From: Halocafeteria seosinensis
Taxonomy: Eukaryota
DNA length: 64,000 nt
Reading direction: 5' to 3'
Assembly: GCA_001687465.1 (NCBI GenBank)
Contig: LVLI01000295.1
Span: forward strand, 62,001 to 126,000
Part shown: positions 43,001 through 56,022 of the stretch, one piece after another
Position numbering within the stretch: position 1 is the stretch's first letter
Layout of the letters: each line of letters opens with the position of its first letter
Notes under the pieces: model-generated
What the model was told of the DNA's origin: nothing
Databases searched by the model: none
The model's input: only the letters and a program-made list of their open reading frames with translations
Program-made: the position numbers and the translations under genes

Positions 43001-46000
43001 TTCCACTATCTGCGGTTTTCGCTGTCTGTTGTGAGCTGCGCGCAGTTCGAGTTTGCCGACGATATGCTGCAGTCATAATTGGAGGAGCTGGAACAAACGA
43101 AGTACCCTTAGAAGAACTTGCGGTAGGACCAGTCTTCGAGTTGTAGGCGCTTTTTCCTTTGCGCTTTTTCTCTTTCTTCTCTAAAGCCTTAAAACTCTCT
43201 TTCTGGGGAGACTTAGAAGGGAACGCCGGATCCGGCTTCTCGTGGGAAGCATCCCCATCATACTCTTGTGTTGTATTGAGCTTCTTGTTAATGTATTCTG
43301 GCACATACATCATGGTACCAGGGCCTTGGCGAGTATCCCATTCAGCATGTTCCGAGGTGGCTAAGGTTCCTTCGTCAACGCCTTTGTGCTCATTCCCCGT
43401 GGAAGTACCATGAGATGAGGACACGGCTCCCACATTAAACTCATCTCCATTAGTCAAGGCTTTGTCTTTGTTCCCTTCCATAGTCCTGCATTGATCCAAC
43501 AGTTCTTTTCTAGTCTTCTTCTGTCCTACAATAAACCCATTTCGAGCATCGTCGTCAAACTTTGCCAATGCAAACTGCATGAATAGGAGATGATGAAGCG
43601 GATGGGCTTCATGGTCAGCAGGAGGTGGCACTCCGTAGGTATCCGGACTCGATTCACAAAAAGGGTACTTAATGAAGCTTGTATTGGTATCCCCATTTCC
43701 TGTTTCCCCTTCTTGATTACTCGCGGAACGTCGTAGGACAGAAAGTGCAGTTTTGGCAAGCTCAGGTGTCCATTCGAAATAAGGCGTTTCCTCCAGTTCC
43801 TTCACTTTGTCATCCAGTTTCCGAGACTTCGCAACTAATATTTCAGCATCTCTGCGAGTCTTGTTCGCTAAACCCCTTTGAAGTGCTTGCTTAAGTCTAC
43901 TTAATTCAGCATTTCGTTGAATGCGCTGGCTACGAACATGCTCCATTTCAGTGCGAATCCTCTCTTTCTTGGAAACTGGTTGACTAACGACTGGAGCCTC
44001 CCTAGGCCCAAGGATAGCATCTACAGCGTGATGAGGAGTCGCACCGGCAATTAATTCAGAAGCAATCTTCGAGAAAATTAAAAAGCAGCTTTCACAGACA
44101 TGGACAGGCTTGAATAGCCACTCAATATCCTTCCTTCGGGAGCGGTATTCGTTCCCTCCGAGGTTCGGTTCCATCAAATGTATCACCGGAGGCACGGGCC
44201 GAACGAGATGTCGTGGAGGTGTATATTGGGGATGCATATATTTCTTTTTCTTGACTTCTTCCACCTCCTCAATTGTGATCGTATACACGGCAAAGGCTCC
44301 GACACCTCCAGCTGCGCGCAACGCCTCTTCCATTGTTGGCCATCTATTAGCCTCTTCGACTTGTGGCAAGTCCTGGGAAAGTGCGTTCTGTTCTTCGTGG
44401 TACACAAGAGGATACGGCTTCAACCGTAACCGTTTCAGCAGTTGGTCATAATGCACAGCAATAGTCTTGTACGCCACTGTGTGAGTGCTTGCTTGGACGT
44501 GAGGATCTAAGGGGGCTCCGCAAGATGGGCACTGCGAAGGTTTCAGTTTAGCCATCCCATGCTTATCTCCCGGAAGCGGTTCTGACGGCAAATTCTTCAA
44601 TACTGAGTTGGCTGCACTTCCTGGTTCACCACGAACACATCGTGCAATGTACTTGTACATGGCTATGGTCTTTGTTTCTGTCATTCCTTGTTCCACGTCA
44701 TGATAAGCCTGCAACTCTCCGCCGGATGAATCTTTGCGGGATGTTTCAGAGCCCTTTTCAACTACCTTCGTATTATCAGCTTTATCCAGAGTGGCGGACA
44801 AGCTGTACTCATCTCTCGACTGGGACTTCGTCAAAGAACTGAATAGCTTGCCATCGGCAGCAAACTGGTTTTCTTTAGCAGTTAACCCCTCCACACTACC
44901 AGTTCCTTCTACACGCAAAGACGAAACTGCAAGGAACCACAATGTCCCACGCGAATCAATTCGCATATCAGCGATTATCCCCGTTACTTTAAACCGTTCA
45001 GCCGAAACGTTTTGAATATGCTGCGCTACGTTGTCGCAAATACCCTTGCATTGCTCTGGGAGGCGATTGCCCTTCACCTGCACCACACAGCTTAAATGGG
45101 ATTCTCCATCGTAAGTAGCGCAGCGTTCATGGGGTGATAGTCTGGTGTCAGACAACTTATTGACATTAACGCGGCGTTCCACATGCCCAATACGAGGTGT
45201 CCACATTACGCGTATTGTACCTGGGCCCAGAAAAAATCTTGAAAGAAGTGCAGTCAATCAATCGAAAGGAACTGACGACATACTGCTATATATTCCTTTT
45301 GGGGCTATAAAAGTTTGCAATACCCCTGAAATCGGTTTTCTCCTCGAAAACAAAAAATCTCCTGTAGTTTGAAAAAACTCTTAACAATCACATGCTCAAC
45401 CTAAAGAACAGAAGCGAACACTTACGCAAACCGGACGCGGTAAAATACTCAACTAGTTGGCAAGCCTCTGTGAAACAAATGCAACAATGCTAGCTTTCGC
45501 ATCTGCCTATAGTTGAACACACGCGCACAAACCTTCATTATCTCCAGCTTGCTGTTGTTGACTGCGCGATGACGACAGGTCAACGAATTTGGCCACAATA
45601 TCACATTCCTCGTTCTTCGCTTTGAGGAACGTTTGTTCGATAGTAGTGTTATGAATGTTTTGCTTATTCTTCCGTTTGATCGATCCATCCTTCGAGGTGA
45701 AAAACCATGAATACGCCTGTCTGTGTCGGTAAATGACTGTATGGGGGATTCTAACGCCCGCAGGGTTCCTGTGCAGTGCGTCCTTCGTCCATAGGTAGTG
45801 GAATGTATTCGCATACACTTCGGGCGATGCCGTATTCAAGGGGTACTTCTTCAGCAAGTCAGCGACGCCCTGTACACCACTCGAGACCACAGCAGAGCGC
45901 TCATATTGGTCCTCAGCGGAGGGCGAAGTTCCTTTCAAGGAATGCCGTCGTTCACTGGGGTCATGCACAAGTCCCCGCTGTGCTTCAAAGCTGGCGCGTC

Positions 46001-46118
46001 TTTGCCGCTGTCCGGAAACGGCATCGCCTTCACCTGAAGACCGTCTTGTGTCATGGTACTTATCCTGTTGTGTTATAGAGGTCTTGAGAGCCGGAAGACT
46101 GCTTTGGCTGCTCGCCAT
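40017..46118 (-). CDS. Large uncharacterised protein (about 1950 aa)
   Basis: Four exons join in frame: ...FHYLWTKD..RIPHTVIY..SWFFTSKDGSIKRK...|..VEYFTASGL|RDFLF..GVLQTFIAPKG|STIRVMWTP, then the long ORF with CPSC and CESC pairs and coiled coils. Confidence 0.75.
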
Positions 46119-47008
46119 TCTCTGATCATTGCACTCGCAACAAAGCAAGTGGAATACAATCGTTCGGACTGCCTGTTATGCTGTTGAGAGCACACATACA
46201 TACACATGCATACAATCTCGCCTTATAAACGCCAATAAAGCGGTCCTTGGGGTTAAACGGTTAAGTGCCGTGGGGACGTTCACAAGAAGATCTCGTGCAA
46301 TTTTAGCTTCCAGTTGACTCCCGAGTCTCCGAGCCTCGGGGCACTCGTTAATTTGTAATAGTAACCGGGTCCCTACAGGGGGCTAATGCTATCCGTATCG
46401 CAGGGCTTCATGCACTGATATGCCCTCAGAACAGTTTGGGTAAAATGAATAGTGGTACAACAAATATGTAACTGGAATTCTCCGTGAGTTTCCGTATACC
46501 TCCCAGGTGATTCAATATAGGATAGCGAATGCAAAAGACAACGTTTAAGAAAAAGGAAATAAGAGCTTAGAGCCCAAAATCTAATGAAACGAGCTTTTAT
46601 TATTATTATTTTTTATTTTTTTTTTCTAGCCGAAATCTTTGGGGCTCGCAAGCTGCGAAAACCCCGAGTACAATGTCATAGTAAACGGCACTGGCAATCA
46701 TTGTGGGCAAGGAAAACAAGGACATTTTCATGCATTACTCTCTAGCCTAGATAGTCTAGATCTCGAGCACATGAACAAGAGGGAGGGATACCGTGGCAGG
46801 AGCTTGTGTAACTTATTATTACGAGGGTCCAGTTATTTTCGTATCTGATAGTGCTACACTCCGTCACAATCCATCAGAGCACCATCCTTACCGAATCATT
46901 GAACTCCTTATACTACTCTTCTCCTAGATATTCTTGTATTTGTCCTTCATATCGGTCTGACTGCTTCGCCATCGGCGTTCTTCCTTCTCCCTCCCGCTGA
47001 ATGCGTGA

Positions 47009-47544
47009 TCACGCACTGCCAGGATGTTCAGCCCCAGAAGGCTCCGTTTGCAGAGCATATGCTGCATTGCAGAAATAGGTGAAGAGTCACCATCATTGAT
47101 CAGCCATTCATACAAATCAACACTTCATTTTCTCAGTTCGACAGGAGGACACATTCCACATCACTCAAACTTCATTTGATCAATGAATTTCACTTACTAT
47201 TATACTGCAGTAGCTGCTCAATTAAGTCAACATGTGTGAGTATCATTCGTCTGCAACAGTATCGATATAGCCCCAATTCATCCAGAGCGCTTCTGCAGAC
47301 ACCATCAAAGCCAATGAAGACAATGCTCGAGGTTCCCCCCATTGTCAAGCACACATACGCTGGGTCCTCTTCATCGTGTAGCTTTTTCATGTACGTCTCA
47401 TACTTGTTGCCTACCACCTGTATATAATCGAGGCAAAAAAAAAAATAAACGTTGAATGAGCATGCACAGGCGCATATATATATATATGTGATGAAATAGG
47501 GGCCCTACCTTGCCGCAGGTGAAGCACCTCACGGGGATGATCAT
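47009..47544 (-). CDS. RPB10: DNA-directed RNA polymerases I/II/III subunit RPABC5
   Basis: [18 protein letters not shown]...|[30 protein letters not shown]|..., four exons; the last exon is 47061-47009. Confidence 0.95.
47093..47186 (-). ncRNA. Candidate intronic box C/D snoRNA in RPB10 intron 3
   Basis: A perfect 10-nt terminal inverted repeat (TCATTGATCA/TGATCAATGA) encloses ATGAAG (C-like), CTGA (D'), ATGAAG (C') and CTGA (D). The host intron, 47197-47062, is 136 nt, longer than typical here. Confidence 0.55.
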
Positions 47545-47880
47545 TGCTTGTGACTGCTATATGAGGGAGGGGGAACTGATTATAAAAAGTAAATGAGCTA
47601 TCCTTTTATCGACAGCAGCAGACTCTGCTCTCACGCAAAGGGCACTAACAATACCCAACGTCGTCTGCATCGTACAGTAGTGAGTCAGCCCAGCTCACTC
47701 CCGGGCAGGGAGTCCCAGCCACCAGCCAGGGTAGAGAACCGAGAAGCACAACGGACGTTGCCACATAGTCTAGTGTGACATAGACGGTCTGATAGACTAC
47801 ACACCTCTGGAAAAAGGTTGCACAACTAGAATAGATATCTTGTTTATTTTTTAGTTTGCTTCCCTGACTGACTTGGCTTC

Positions 47881-50724
47881 CTAATCGTCAGCAAAGGGGT
47901 CATTTCCGTCGTCATCGAAATCGGCAAACGCAGCATCGTTAGCAGTATGTGTTTGTTTCTGAGAAGATTGCATTTTTTCTTGATCTGCGTCTTCGAAATC
48001 AGCGTCCCACTCTACATCAAAGCCATCTGCGTCACCACTCGCAGCTTTATTTTGCGGCGCTCCAGCAGGGAACGATTCGGCCTCGAAATCGTTCCACTCA
48101 GCTTTTCCGTTGGATTTGGACCCTTCCTCTTTAGCAGTACTACCACCATTAAAATGCTGTTCCTCTCCTTCGCTTTCGTCGAATCCGGTATCCCCAAAAC
48201 TGAACGCGTCATCGTCCTGTTCGGCTACCGACGTATTCTGCTTGGGCTTGGAAGTGTTCTCTACCTTAGCGCCTTCAAGCTCATCACCACTGAAGCTGAA
48301 AGCATCATCATCAGCCGCTGAATCTTTCGTCTGCTTATTTTCCTGCTGCGTTGCATTGTTATCAATTGGACCAAAGTCGTCATCGTCAAAGCTAAACGCA
48401 TCATCTTCTTTTGGTACTGCAACTCCCGTTTCAGTTTTCCCCTTCTCGGCTGGGCCTCCAACATTGTCATCTCCAAAGCTAAAGGCATCTTCTTCTTGAG
48501 CGGTCGTAGTTTCTTGCGCTGGACCTCCTGTTTTATCAGTCTCTTGGAAGCTAGTGTCATCAAAGCTAAAAGCGTCGTCGTCTTTACCCGATTCAACATT
48601 ATTAGATTGCTGTTCAGGAGCTGCGTTACTGACCTCGGCGGTGGCCTTTTCCGACACTGCTTGCGCCCCGGTGATCTTGTCAACCCCCGTGGAAGAGGGT
48701 GCCGTATTGCCAGTAAACGCAGCGTCGTCAAAATCCTCATCGAAATCACCAAAATCGTCGTCAAACGTGGCCTCTCTCTGTCCAGCACCAGGCTGAGAAG
48801 AATCGTTGTTCACAGGTCCCGTGTCCATGATATCGTCGAAATGTCCGAACACATCATCCCTCTCTGAGTTCAGAAGTTTCGTATCTCTATTATCGTCTTG
48901 AACCTTACTATAATTTGCAACCTTCCCGTCGCCGAAGGATTCTTCAGAGTCATCGCTTGCATTCTGTGGACTGGATGAAGAGACTCCCACCGGAGCACTG
49001 TATTGGGCTGCTTTTGCTAATTCCTGCTTTTCCTGCAGGGCTTGCTCATGGCGCTGCCTTGCACGAACACTCCTGTTCCTGGCAGCCGAATACCTCTCAT
49101 TAGCATTGTTTAATTCTCTTTCAGCTGTGTCTGCCTCACTTTGCCATTGAGTTAGCTTCCTGTCCGCTTGTTCTTTGTCCTGGCCGGCGGCCTCGACGAT
49201 CCTCTTCAAGGACTGAATTTCACTCTCCAAAAGCTCTGCTTCAGCTTCGTGTTGATTTCCAATACTGTCCAATGCCGTTGCCGCGTTATTGACCTCGGCG
49301 GCTTTTTTGTGTTTTTCCGTGGCATTCTGCGAATAAGCCGAGGCCTGGTCTTCCGTAGAGTTCCTCTCCCCACGCAACCGGTTTAATTCCTCCACCAACT
49401 GATTTAGCCGCCCTCGAGCCTCGTTCACCTTGTAGCTAGAAGAATTAGATTGCTGCTGCAGCCGCTCCGAAGTCTCTCTTAGAGTATGAATCTGCTGCAC
49501 AGTTTCAGAAATTTTATGCATGATACTCTCAAATTCATGGTGCTGCTTTTCTATATGATCCCGTGTTTGTTGTATCTGTCGTTCGAGAATGGCTTTTTCT
49601 TGGTTGAGTCGGTTCAAGCTCTTTGATGCTTCTTCCGTAACGTGTTCATCGCGTCGATAGCGTTGGTTCTCCCTAGCAAGAGTGTCTTGTAGTTGTTCTT
49701 GTGATTCGCCTGCAGGCACATGTCTCGGTGGGACACTTGGCTTCTCGGTAGCTGCAGCTCCTAGCCCTTGCCCCACTGATGCAGGTGGGCGCTCCACGAC
49801 AGGTAAAGCCGAATGTTCTACGTTATCTTGCGGTATAGAGGTAGCTGCACTTCCCGTGTTGTCGTCCTCGTGAGCGGGGAGACCCGCAAATGCATCGCTA
49901 ATTTTGTCTGCAGAAGAGGTTCTAGATCTCTGCTGCACACCAGAGTTATTAGAAGTCATGGAGTGCCTTCGCATATCACCGTTACCATCTTGAGTATGTG
50001 GCGGTTGCTGAACTGGTGCCTGTTTCGATTGTTGGGGCATGAAGTACTCCGGCTTGAGTTCTTTCAGATTTTGAGGGAGCGAGTCTGGCATGTCCTTTCC
50101 TCTCTTTGACACACCAACAGCAACATGCATCAATATTGCAAATTCTATAAAGTCCAAGAATCCATCCTTATCCACATCAGCGAGCTCCCAAATATGGGTA
50201 TGATGTCTATCCTCGAGTGATGATTTCTTGAGGAGATTCATCGCTTCCTCCTCAGTCATATAACCATCTTTGTCCCTGTCTGTTTTCGTAAAGATGTTGC
50301 GATATTTGGGCGGATCATCCTGCTCGAACTTCCAGGGACCCGTATTGATTTGAGGATTCAGCATCATCTGAATCGCCCCAGCAAAAGGAGCAGGGTGTTG
50401 ATGTGGCGATAGGAACTGCTGCTGGTGAAGCGTCCCCGGCATCGAGGCGAACATAGCCCCACTACTGGGTGGTGGTGGGTGCCCTTGGAACCCCCCAGAA
50501 TGGGGAGGGGGTGCATTAGGTGGACCTCCCATAAAGTGCTGGGAGTGATACATTGCCCCTGAAACCGGTGGGGGTGGTCCATTTCCTTGCATATCGTATT
50601 GTCCCATGCCAAAATGTTGCCCTGAAAAACTCCCTCTTCCTTGATGAGGAAAGCCCCCTCCAAGGCTTTGACGACCGCTATGGTCGCTGCTCATGCTCGT
50701 CCGGCGATTGTCTGAAGAGGACAT
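47881..50724 (-). CDS. EH-domain endocytic/trafficking adaptor (Eps15/gamma-synergin-like)
   Basis: One EH domain (YRNIFTKTDRDKDG...HIWELADVDKDGFLDFIEFAILMH...PDSLP), a long coiled coil, and an acidic tail with DFGDF, WxxF-like and DPF motifs. Confidence 0.85.
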   Translation of the reverse strand: MSSSDNRRTSMSSDHSGRQSLGGGFPHQGRGSFSGQHFGMGQYDMQGNGPPPPVSGAMYHSQHFMGGPPNAPPPHSGGFQGHPPPPSSGAMFASMPGTLHQQQFLSPHQHPAPFAGAIQMMLNPQINTGPWKFEQDDPPKYRNIFTKTDRDKDGYMTEEEAMNLLKKSSLEDRHHTHIWELADVDKDGFLDFIEFAILMHVAVGVSKRGKDMPDSLPQNLKELKPEYFMPQQSKQAPVQQPPHTQDGNGDMRRHSMTSNNSGVQQRSRTSSADKISDAFAGLPAHEDDNTGSAATSIPQDNVEHSALPVVERPPASVGQGLGAAATEKPSVPPRHVPAGESQEQLQDTLARENQRYRRDEHVTEEASKSLNRLNQEKAILERQIQQTRDHIEKQHHEFESIMHKISETVQQIHTLRETSERLQQQSNSSSYKVNEARGRLNQLVEELNRLRGERNSTEDQASAYSQNATEKHKKAAEVNNAATALDSIGNQHEAEAELLESEIQSLKRIVEAAGQDKEQADRKLTQWQSEADTAERELNNANERYSAARNRSVRARQRHEQALQEKQELAKAAQYSAPVGVSSSSPQNASDDSEESFGDGKVANYSKVQDDNRDTKLLNSERDDVFGHFDDIMDTGPVNNDSSQPGAGQREATFDDDFGDFDEDFDDAAFTGNTAPSSTGVDKITGAQAVSEKATAEVSNAAPEQQSNNVESGKDDDAFSFDDTSFQETDKTGGPAQETTTAQEEDAFSFGDDNVGGPAEKGKTETGVAVPKEDDAFSFDDDDFGPIDNNATQQENKQTKDSAADDDAFSFSGDELEGAKVENTSKPKQNTSVAEQDDDAFSFGDTGFDESEGEEQHFNGGSTAKEEGSKSNGKAEWNDFEAESFPAGAPQNKAASGDADGFDVEWDADFEDADQEKMQSSQKQTHTANDAAFADFDDDGNDPFADD

Positions 50725-51220
50725 GGTTCGTTTCAGAAGGATCTCTGCTGCGTATAGAGCGTGTTAAACTCTTCCTTCGAGCGGGGCGGGGCTCGTGGTT
50801 CTTTCAGGTGCCTGCCTACCTACCTATTTTTACGCATACAGCGAGTGCCTGTACACACTTTTCTTATCAAATGAAGAGGCCCAGACTCAATACCTACGAG
50901 AGCAAAAATTCTGCACAAGTGTATACTATGCGGGCTGCATAGAGTCTGGAGTCCATGGAAGCGTCCGGGCTGAAAGCCCGGATTTCCCAAACTGGAATCA
51001 GGCCAGTTATATCCCTGGCTCAAAGTTTCAAACGCCGAAGCAGAAGGATGCCGGTGTGTAAACCCATGCCATACAGATAAGTGTATAAGTTTGTGCATAT
51101 ATGTGCGTGGAAGAACTCTCATGGAACAAGAAATGAAAGTTTTGCGTCATTAGCCGAAGTGAATTTGGTTTCAGTACAAGTTGTACAACAAGACAAATCA
51201 AATACCACGTAGATTCCATC

Positions 51221-54200
51221 TCACCCTTTCTTACGTGACATTAGCGGCTGAAATTCACTCTTTTCGAGCTCCTCATCTCCCTCATTTGCAGTTTTCGTGG
51301 GAGACTTCTGTTCCGAAATATCCGACGATTCATCGACTTCCCGTTTTGGCTCCAGTAGCTCTTGTTTCTCATGGACCGGTGGCTGTGCGGACGGCGACTT
51401 TTCGCTATTCTTTGTAGCATTTGTGTCACTTCCATATATCTCTCGATATGATGCTGCTTGCTGAGCATGACGGATGGGATTACCTCGCTCAACCGTTTCG
51501 GTGTTCTTATTACTGTGTGGGTCCGTCTTTTTCAGCGCAACTTTCATTCCGCCTGAGGCGGTGTTCGACGGACGTTGCTTCTGCCGACGTTGTGGCGCTT
51601 CACTGTCTGCAGTGCCCGCCGCCGGATTTTCAGTAACAACAGGAACGTCTCGCCGCGATCCGGCGCCTTTAGGATGGGTCGGTTGTCGAGCACTGTCCTT
51701 TCCAGCAGACGACGGAGGCTTCCTTTCTGGTTGTTGATTGTCGGATTGTTGCACCGCGGTTTCATATACCGAGTCAATAGTGTCCGCAAACTCCAAGGAG
51801 CTTAGTGGGTTCGACACAGCCTTATTCTTACTGGTCGGGGGTTCTGCATCAGTAGTGGGTTCCGGTTTGGCTTTAGTCTTACCTGAATCCTGTGCCTGAG
51901 CCTGTGCCAAGTCGTCCACTGTTACTCCAGGTACACCTGTGAATTGAAGAAGGTTTTCGACAGAGTATTTCCCGGCCTTCGTCTTGTCCAGAGGTTCTAC
52001 TTCTTCCCCGCGGCTTTCCATTCCCGTTGTTAAGTTTTCCTCCGCCTTCACCGCCGTTTCTCCGAATACAAGAACTAAGCGCAACAGCTCACCGTAAGAT
52101 GTGCCCACGACAATGACATCATCTTGCGGCCAAGAGATATGCTCTAAAGAACTGCTGTATATGCGTCCATGGAGGATATTCTGAGAGCATAGCAGCGAGT
52201 AGTCGGTCATATCGTATACTCGTATCAACCCTGACGAGCAAGCACATGCCACCATAGCTCCATTTGGAGATAGCGAAATGGCCCCTATGCGCATGCGTAC
52301 GCTTTCCCACGAATGCTTTGGATAGGCGCTGGGAGCGCCATTTCCAAGATTTCTAGATGAACCCTCCACCTTGAGACAGTCCCATACACGCATTGTACCA
52401 CCCCAACTGCTACTAACAAGCGAACCGCGAGAAACTCCAGTACCAAACTCTAAAGATGTAATTCCACCGTTTTCATAATAATCAGCGGAAGACCAGACCT
52501 TCTGTAGCTCAATCTTAGTTGCCGATAGACGCATGAGCTTCCAACAAAACACTTTACCGTCCGTTGCCCCCGAGGCCATGTGACAAGACTTGGTAGGATC
52601 CCCGGAGGAAACAAAAAACGTTAGAGCCGTGATTATCCCGTCATGTGCTCCAGGAAGATTCACTATAGGTTTTGGATTAGATGTTACCTCTTCTTGGAGC
52701 ACCTCCCAAATACTCAACGAGAGGTCTGCCCCCGCTGTGGCCAATAACTTCATGTGGGGCTCAAACGCCAGAGCAGATACATCGACAACATGAGCAGGAA
52801 AGCTAAGTTTAGTCTTCCAATAATTTTTCTCAGACTCCGTAGATGCGTTCGGCGTTTCTGCATCTTGCTCTTGTTCACGGTCCGGAGTTTCTGAATAACC
52901 TAATCGGTAAACCATGCCATTGCGACTCCCCGCGAAACCGATTATGTCGGAAAGCGTGGTACCTGCCGAAGAGCTACCGTTTCCAGGAGAGTAAGTGCAA
53001 ACTTCCCTTATGGCAGAATCAATCCATCCACATCCACGGGAGTCCAGAAGCGGTGTATCGGCTGGAGACGAAATACAGAAGGATCCATCACGGCATGCTG
53101 AGGCAACTCCTCGGAATGTAGACTGCGTAGATGGCCGTCTGGCGCGAGAATACCCCTGCGGAACGGGGACAACAATTTCAGTGTCCACTCGCCTCATAGC
53201 GGAGACAGAATTCGTGTGGTTTGAAGACTGGAAAACGGGACCATCTTTTAGAGCTTGGTAAATGTCATCGGCAGATCCCTCGGGACTCAAATCGGGGTAT
53301 TTTGAAAGACCAGTAAAAAATCTTACCAGCGACCTTGTCGAAGAACATGCAACCACAATACGAGGTGGGGGGTTCTCTGAGCCATTATTGAGGGGTGGAA
53401 GGATGCAAAAGTCTAAATCGAAAACACCATACTTGTTCAGCATACCGACAGTGTTTCGGTACAGCAACTTCGATTTGACCTCCACCCTCTTCGAGACTAC
53501 TTCCAGTTCACCGACGGCTGCATTTTCTTCTCTGGATTGATTGTCTTTCAACTTCTTTCCTCCCGCCAATATGGCCTCAACTGAAGACACCAATTGAGCT
53601 GTTTCTGTCTTATCGGAGCCGCTATCGAACAGGGTGCCTAGGATTGTTTCACTCAGAGCATCGCCAACAGGATCTTGAAGAAAACTGAGCTCTTCTTTAC
53701 CTACTTTGAAAGAGCCATCCGCTGAAACACTATCTCCCCCAGCAGCCGCTTCTTCGGGTGCACTGAACTTTGCTTGAACTATCCATGTTCTGACCGTTCC
53801 ATCTGTACTGCAGCTGACTGCTTGGAACAGAGCCGCAACGTCTTCACCTGTCTTCTGCTCAATTCTCATTGTTTTGATTTCACGTATACTTCCTTGATGA
53901 CGGTACTCCTGTGGATTTGAGTCCTCGTCCTTCTTGCCTAACTCTCCCATAATCTGCTGAGTTTCGACATCTGAGACCTGCAGCATGTTATCTCGACCTC
54001 CACTGATAATGAACCTGCCACTTGTCCTGCCATCAGGGGCGAAAGCAACAGCTGAGACATCCCCTCGGTGCGCTGCAAAAGACCCAACTAAAGATATAAG
54101 AGAGTCATCGTAAACATTCCCTTCTTGTTCTTCGTCTGAATTATCGGAGTAATTATCGGCAGTGGATGACACAATCAAATCTTCCTCTGGGGCACTCCCT

Positions 54201-55097
54201 CCACGCTTTTCTTCGTCTGCTGGCTGATCCATGCACAGATTCCACACCCTCACCGTTCTGGTATATACAAGCAAACTTTATGTAAATACATAATCAGAAA
54301 GAAACTGTAACAGAGCTGTCGTAACTTACCCGTCAGTAGCGCCAGTCGTTACTTTTTGCGCTCCAGGGTGAACGTCAATCGAAAGAATCGCACTCTGGTG
54401 ACATGTTATATCGTGAAATAAGGAGTAATTGTGGTGTGCCCTGTAGATCCTCATGTTGCCGTCATGGTTCCCGGTAATCAAGTACCAACGCGACTTGTCC
54501 GAGTTGGGATCCACCCAGAAAGAAAGGCAGTTAGGGTGTGCATCGTCCACGAACGACCCGGCAAGTGTATACAGAGGTGTTACAGGGGTATTAGGATCTC
54601 CTTCAAAAGCAGCTCGAATATCCCACACATACGAGGCATCTTTCCCACAAGTAACCAAGTGAGAACCAGTGCTGCATCATACAGTAGCGCATCATTGTCA
54701 TCAAAAATTACACGACATACAATGCAACCATCCGCACGTACACCGGGCATAAAGCCATGGCCACGATAGCTTCGTTGTGCTTACGGAGAAGCAAGTTGTC
54801 TGTCTTGGTAAAGTCTCCAAAAGGTGCATCCGCCGGGGTTTGGAGTACTACGACTCCAGACGCAGTAGCGTAGGCGATGATGAGGTGCTCCTTGACGCGT
54901 TCCACTAGGACGGGTGTACTCGGCTGAGCGCCAAATACATGGTCCAAGCGGAGCGACATGTTGCTCATCATTTGCTCAGCTATCGTCTTGGAGCGTGACT
55001 CCCTTTTCCCACTCTCTAGGACATAACTAATGGTCCTAGCACGGCGTTCCCCATCGGCGGATCGACGGCGTTCCTCGACCGGTTCCCCCTCTTCCAT
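51221..55097 (-). CDS. WD40-repeat protein
   Basis: Three exons with repeated GH/AH...W-type units (HQSAILSIDV..TGATDG, AHRGDVSAVAF, AHVVDVSALAF, AHDGIITALTF) and a low-complexity C-terminus. Confidence 0.8.
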
Positions 55098-56022
55098 GCT
55101 GTACAACCTATGTCTCAGCTAATTTCTTACCATTAACTATCCCCTCCCTTTGAAAAGGAGGGACATACGAAGGTGGAAGAGAGTCGAAACGAAAAGAAAA
55201 AGGGCTAACAACTCCCCGAAATTCACTGTGGAAAGGGGCAGAACGCGGAAAACCCGCCACCCACAAACACTCGCCACGATTTCATCAGATACGGATGTAA
55301 GGCTCCCGCACAAACGCACACTCGCTTGTTCGAGGTACGAAACCTACCAAGGAATAAGAGGTGGTCGTCAGCATTCATGTATACAGCTGGACAAATTACA
55401 TACAATTAAGTAATTCATTGCGGCCCTGTGGTCGTTTCATGTCATGTGTTGGAAACTTTGAAAAGAGTGCGATTGGACTTCGCCGATTCGAATCTGCTGA
55501 TTTGCCCGTGTTAACTTAGACTGTTGAGGACCACAATATTGTCAACTCAATAGTGGCGATTTCCAACGTGACATGAAGGAGCTGCAAATCCATCAACTTT
55601 CCTTGCGAATTCGCGACTTCCGGAAATCCCAGGCAAAAATCTCGGGAATCTACGGTGTACTGCAGTCCGTCAATGAAGCGTGGAGACTGGAGAATACCGA
55701 CTCAATTTACGGAGAGGTCTGTGCATCTATACAGCGAGACTTCTCCATCTAAATCAGAATCCTTGTGATAGCCACACATGGCCAGGCGTTGACTACACTT
55801 ATATGTTATTTATGGCCTACCGGCTAAGTGGAAATGTAGTTGGGGGATCTTCACGCCTTGTGTGTATTAGTATTGCTCCTCCTGGAAGACGTGTATGCTA
55901 CAGGCTACGCTACGTCGTGTGAGGGGTGAACCCCACCCGGAACCACTCCACATACCGGTACTTGTTGCTTCGGCGTCGGTTGCGTATCCGTTCTTGCAGA
56001 ATGAAACTTAGTGTTACAGTAA

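Noticed and set aside
46595..47490. Poly-T/TTA tract, poly-A run and (TA)n run as retroelement tails
   Set aside because: No target-site duplications or element body; these are simple low-complexity tracts in intergenic and intronic DNA.
48180..48600. Regularly spaced repeats resembling a CRISPR array
   Set aside because: They are degenerate codon-level repeats of the DAFSF peptide inside an open eukaryotic CDS, with no cas genes.
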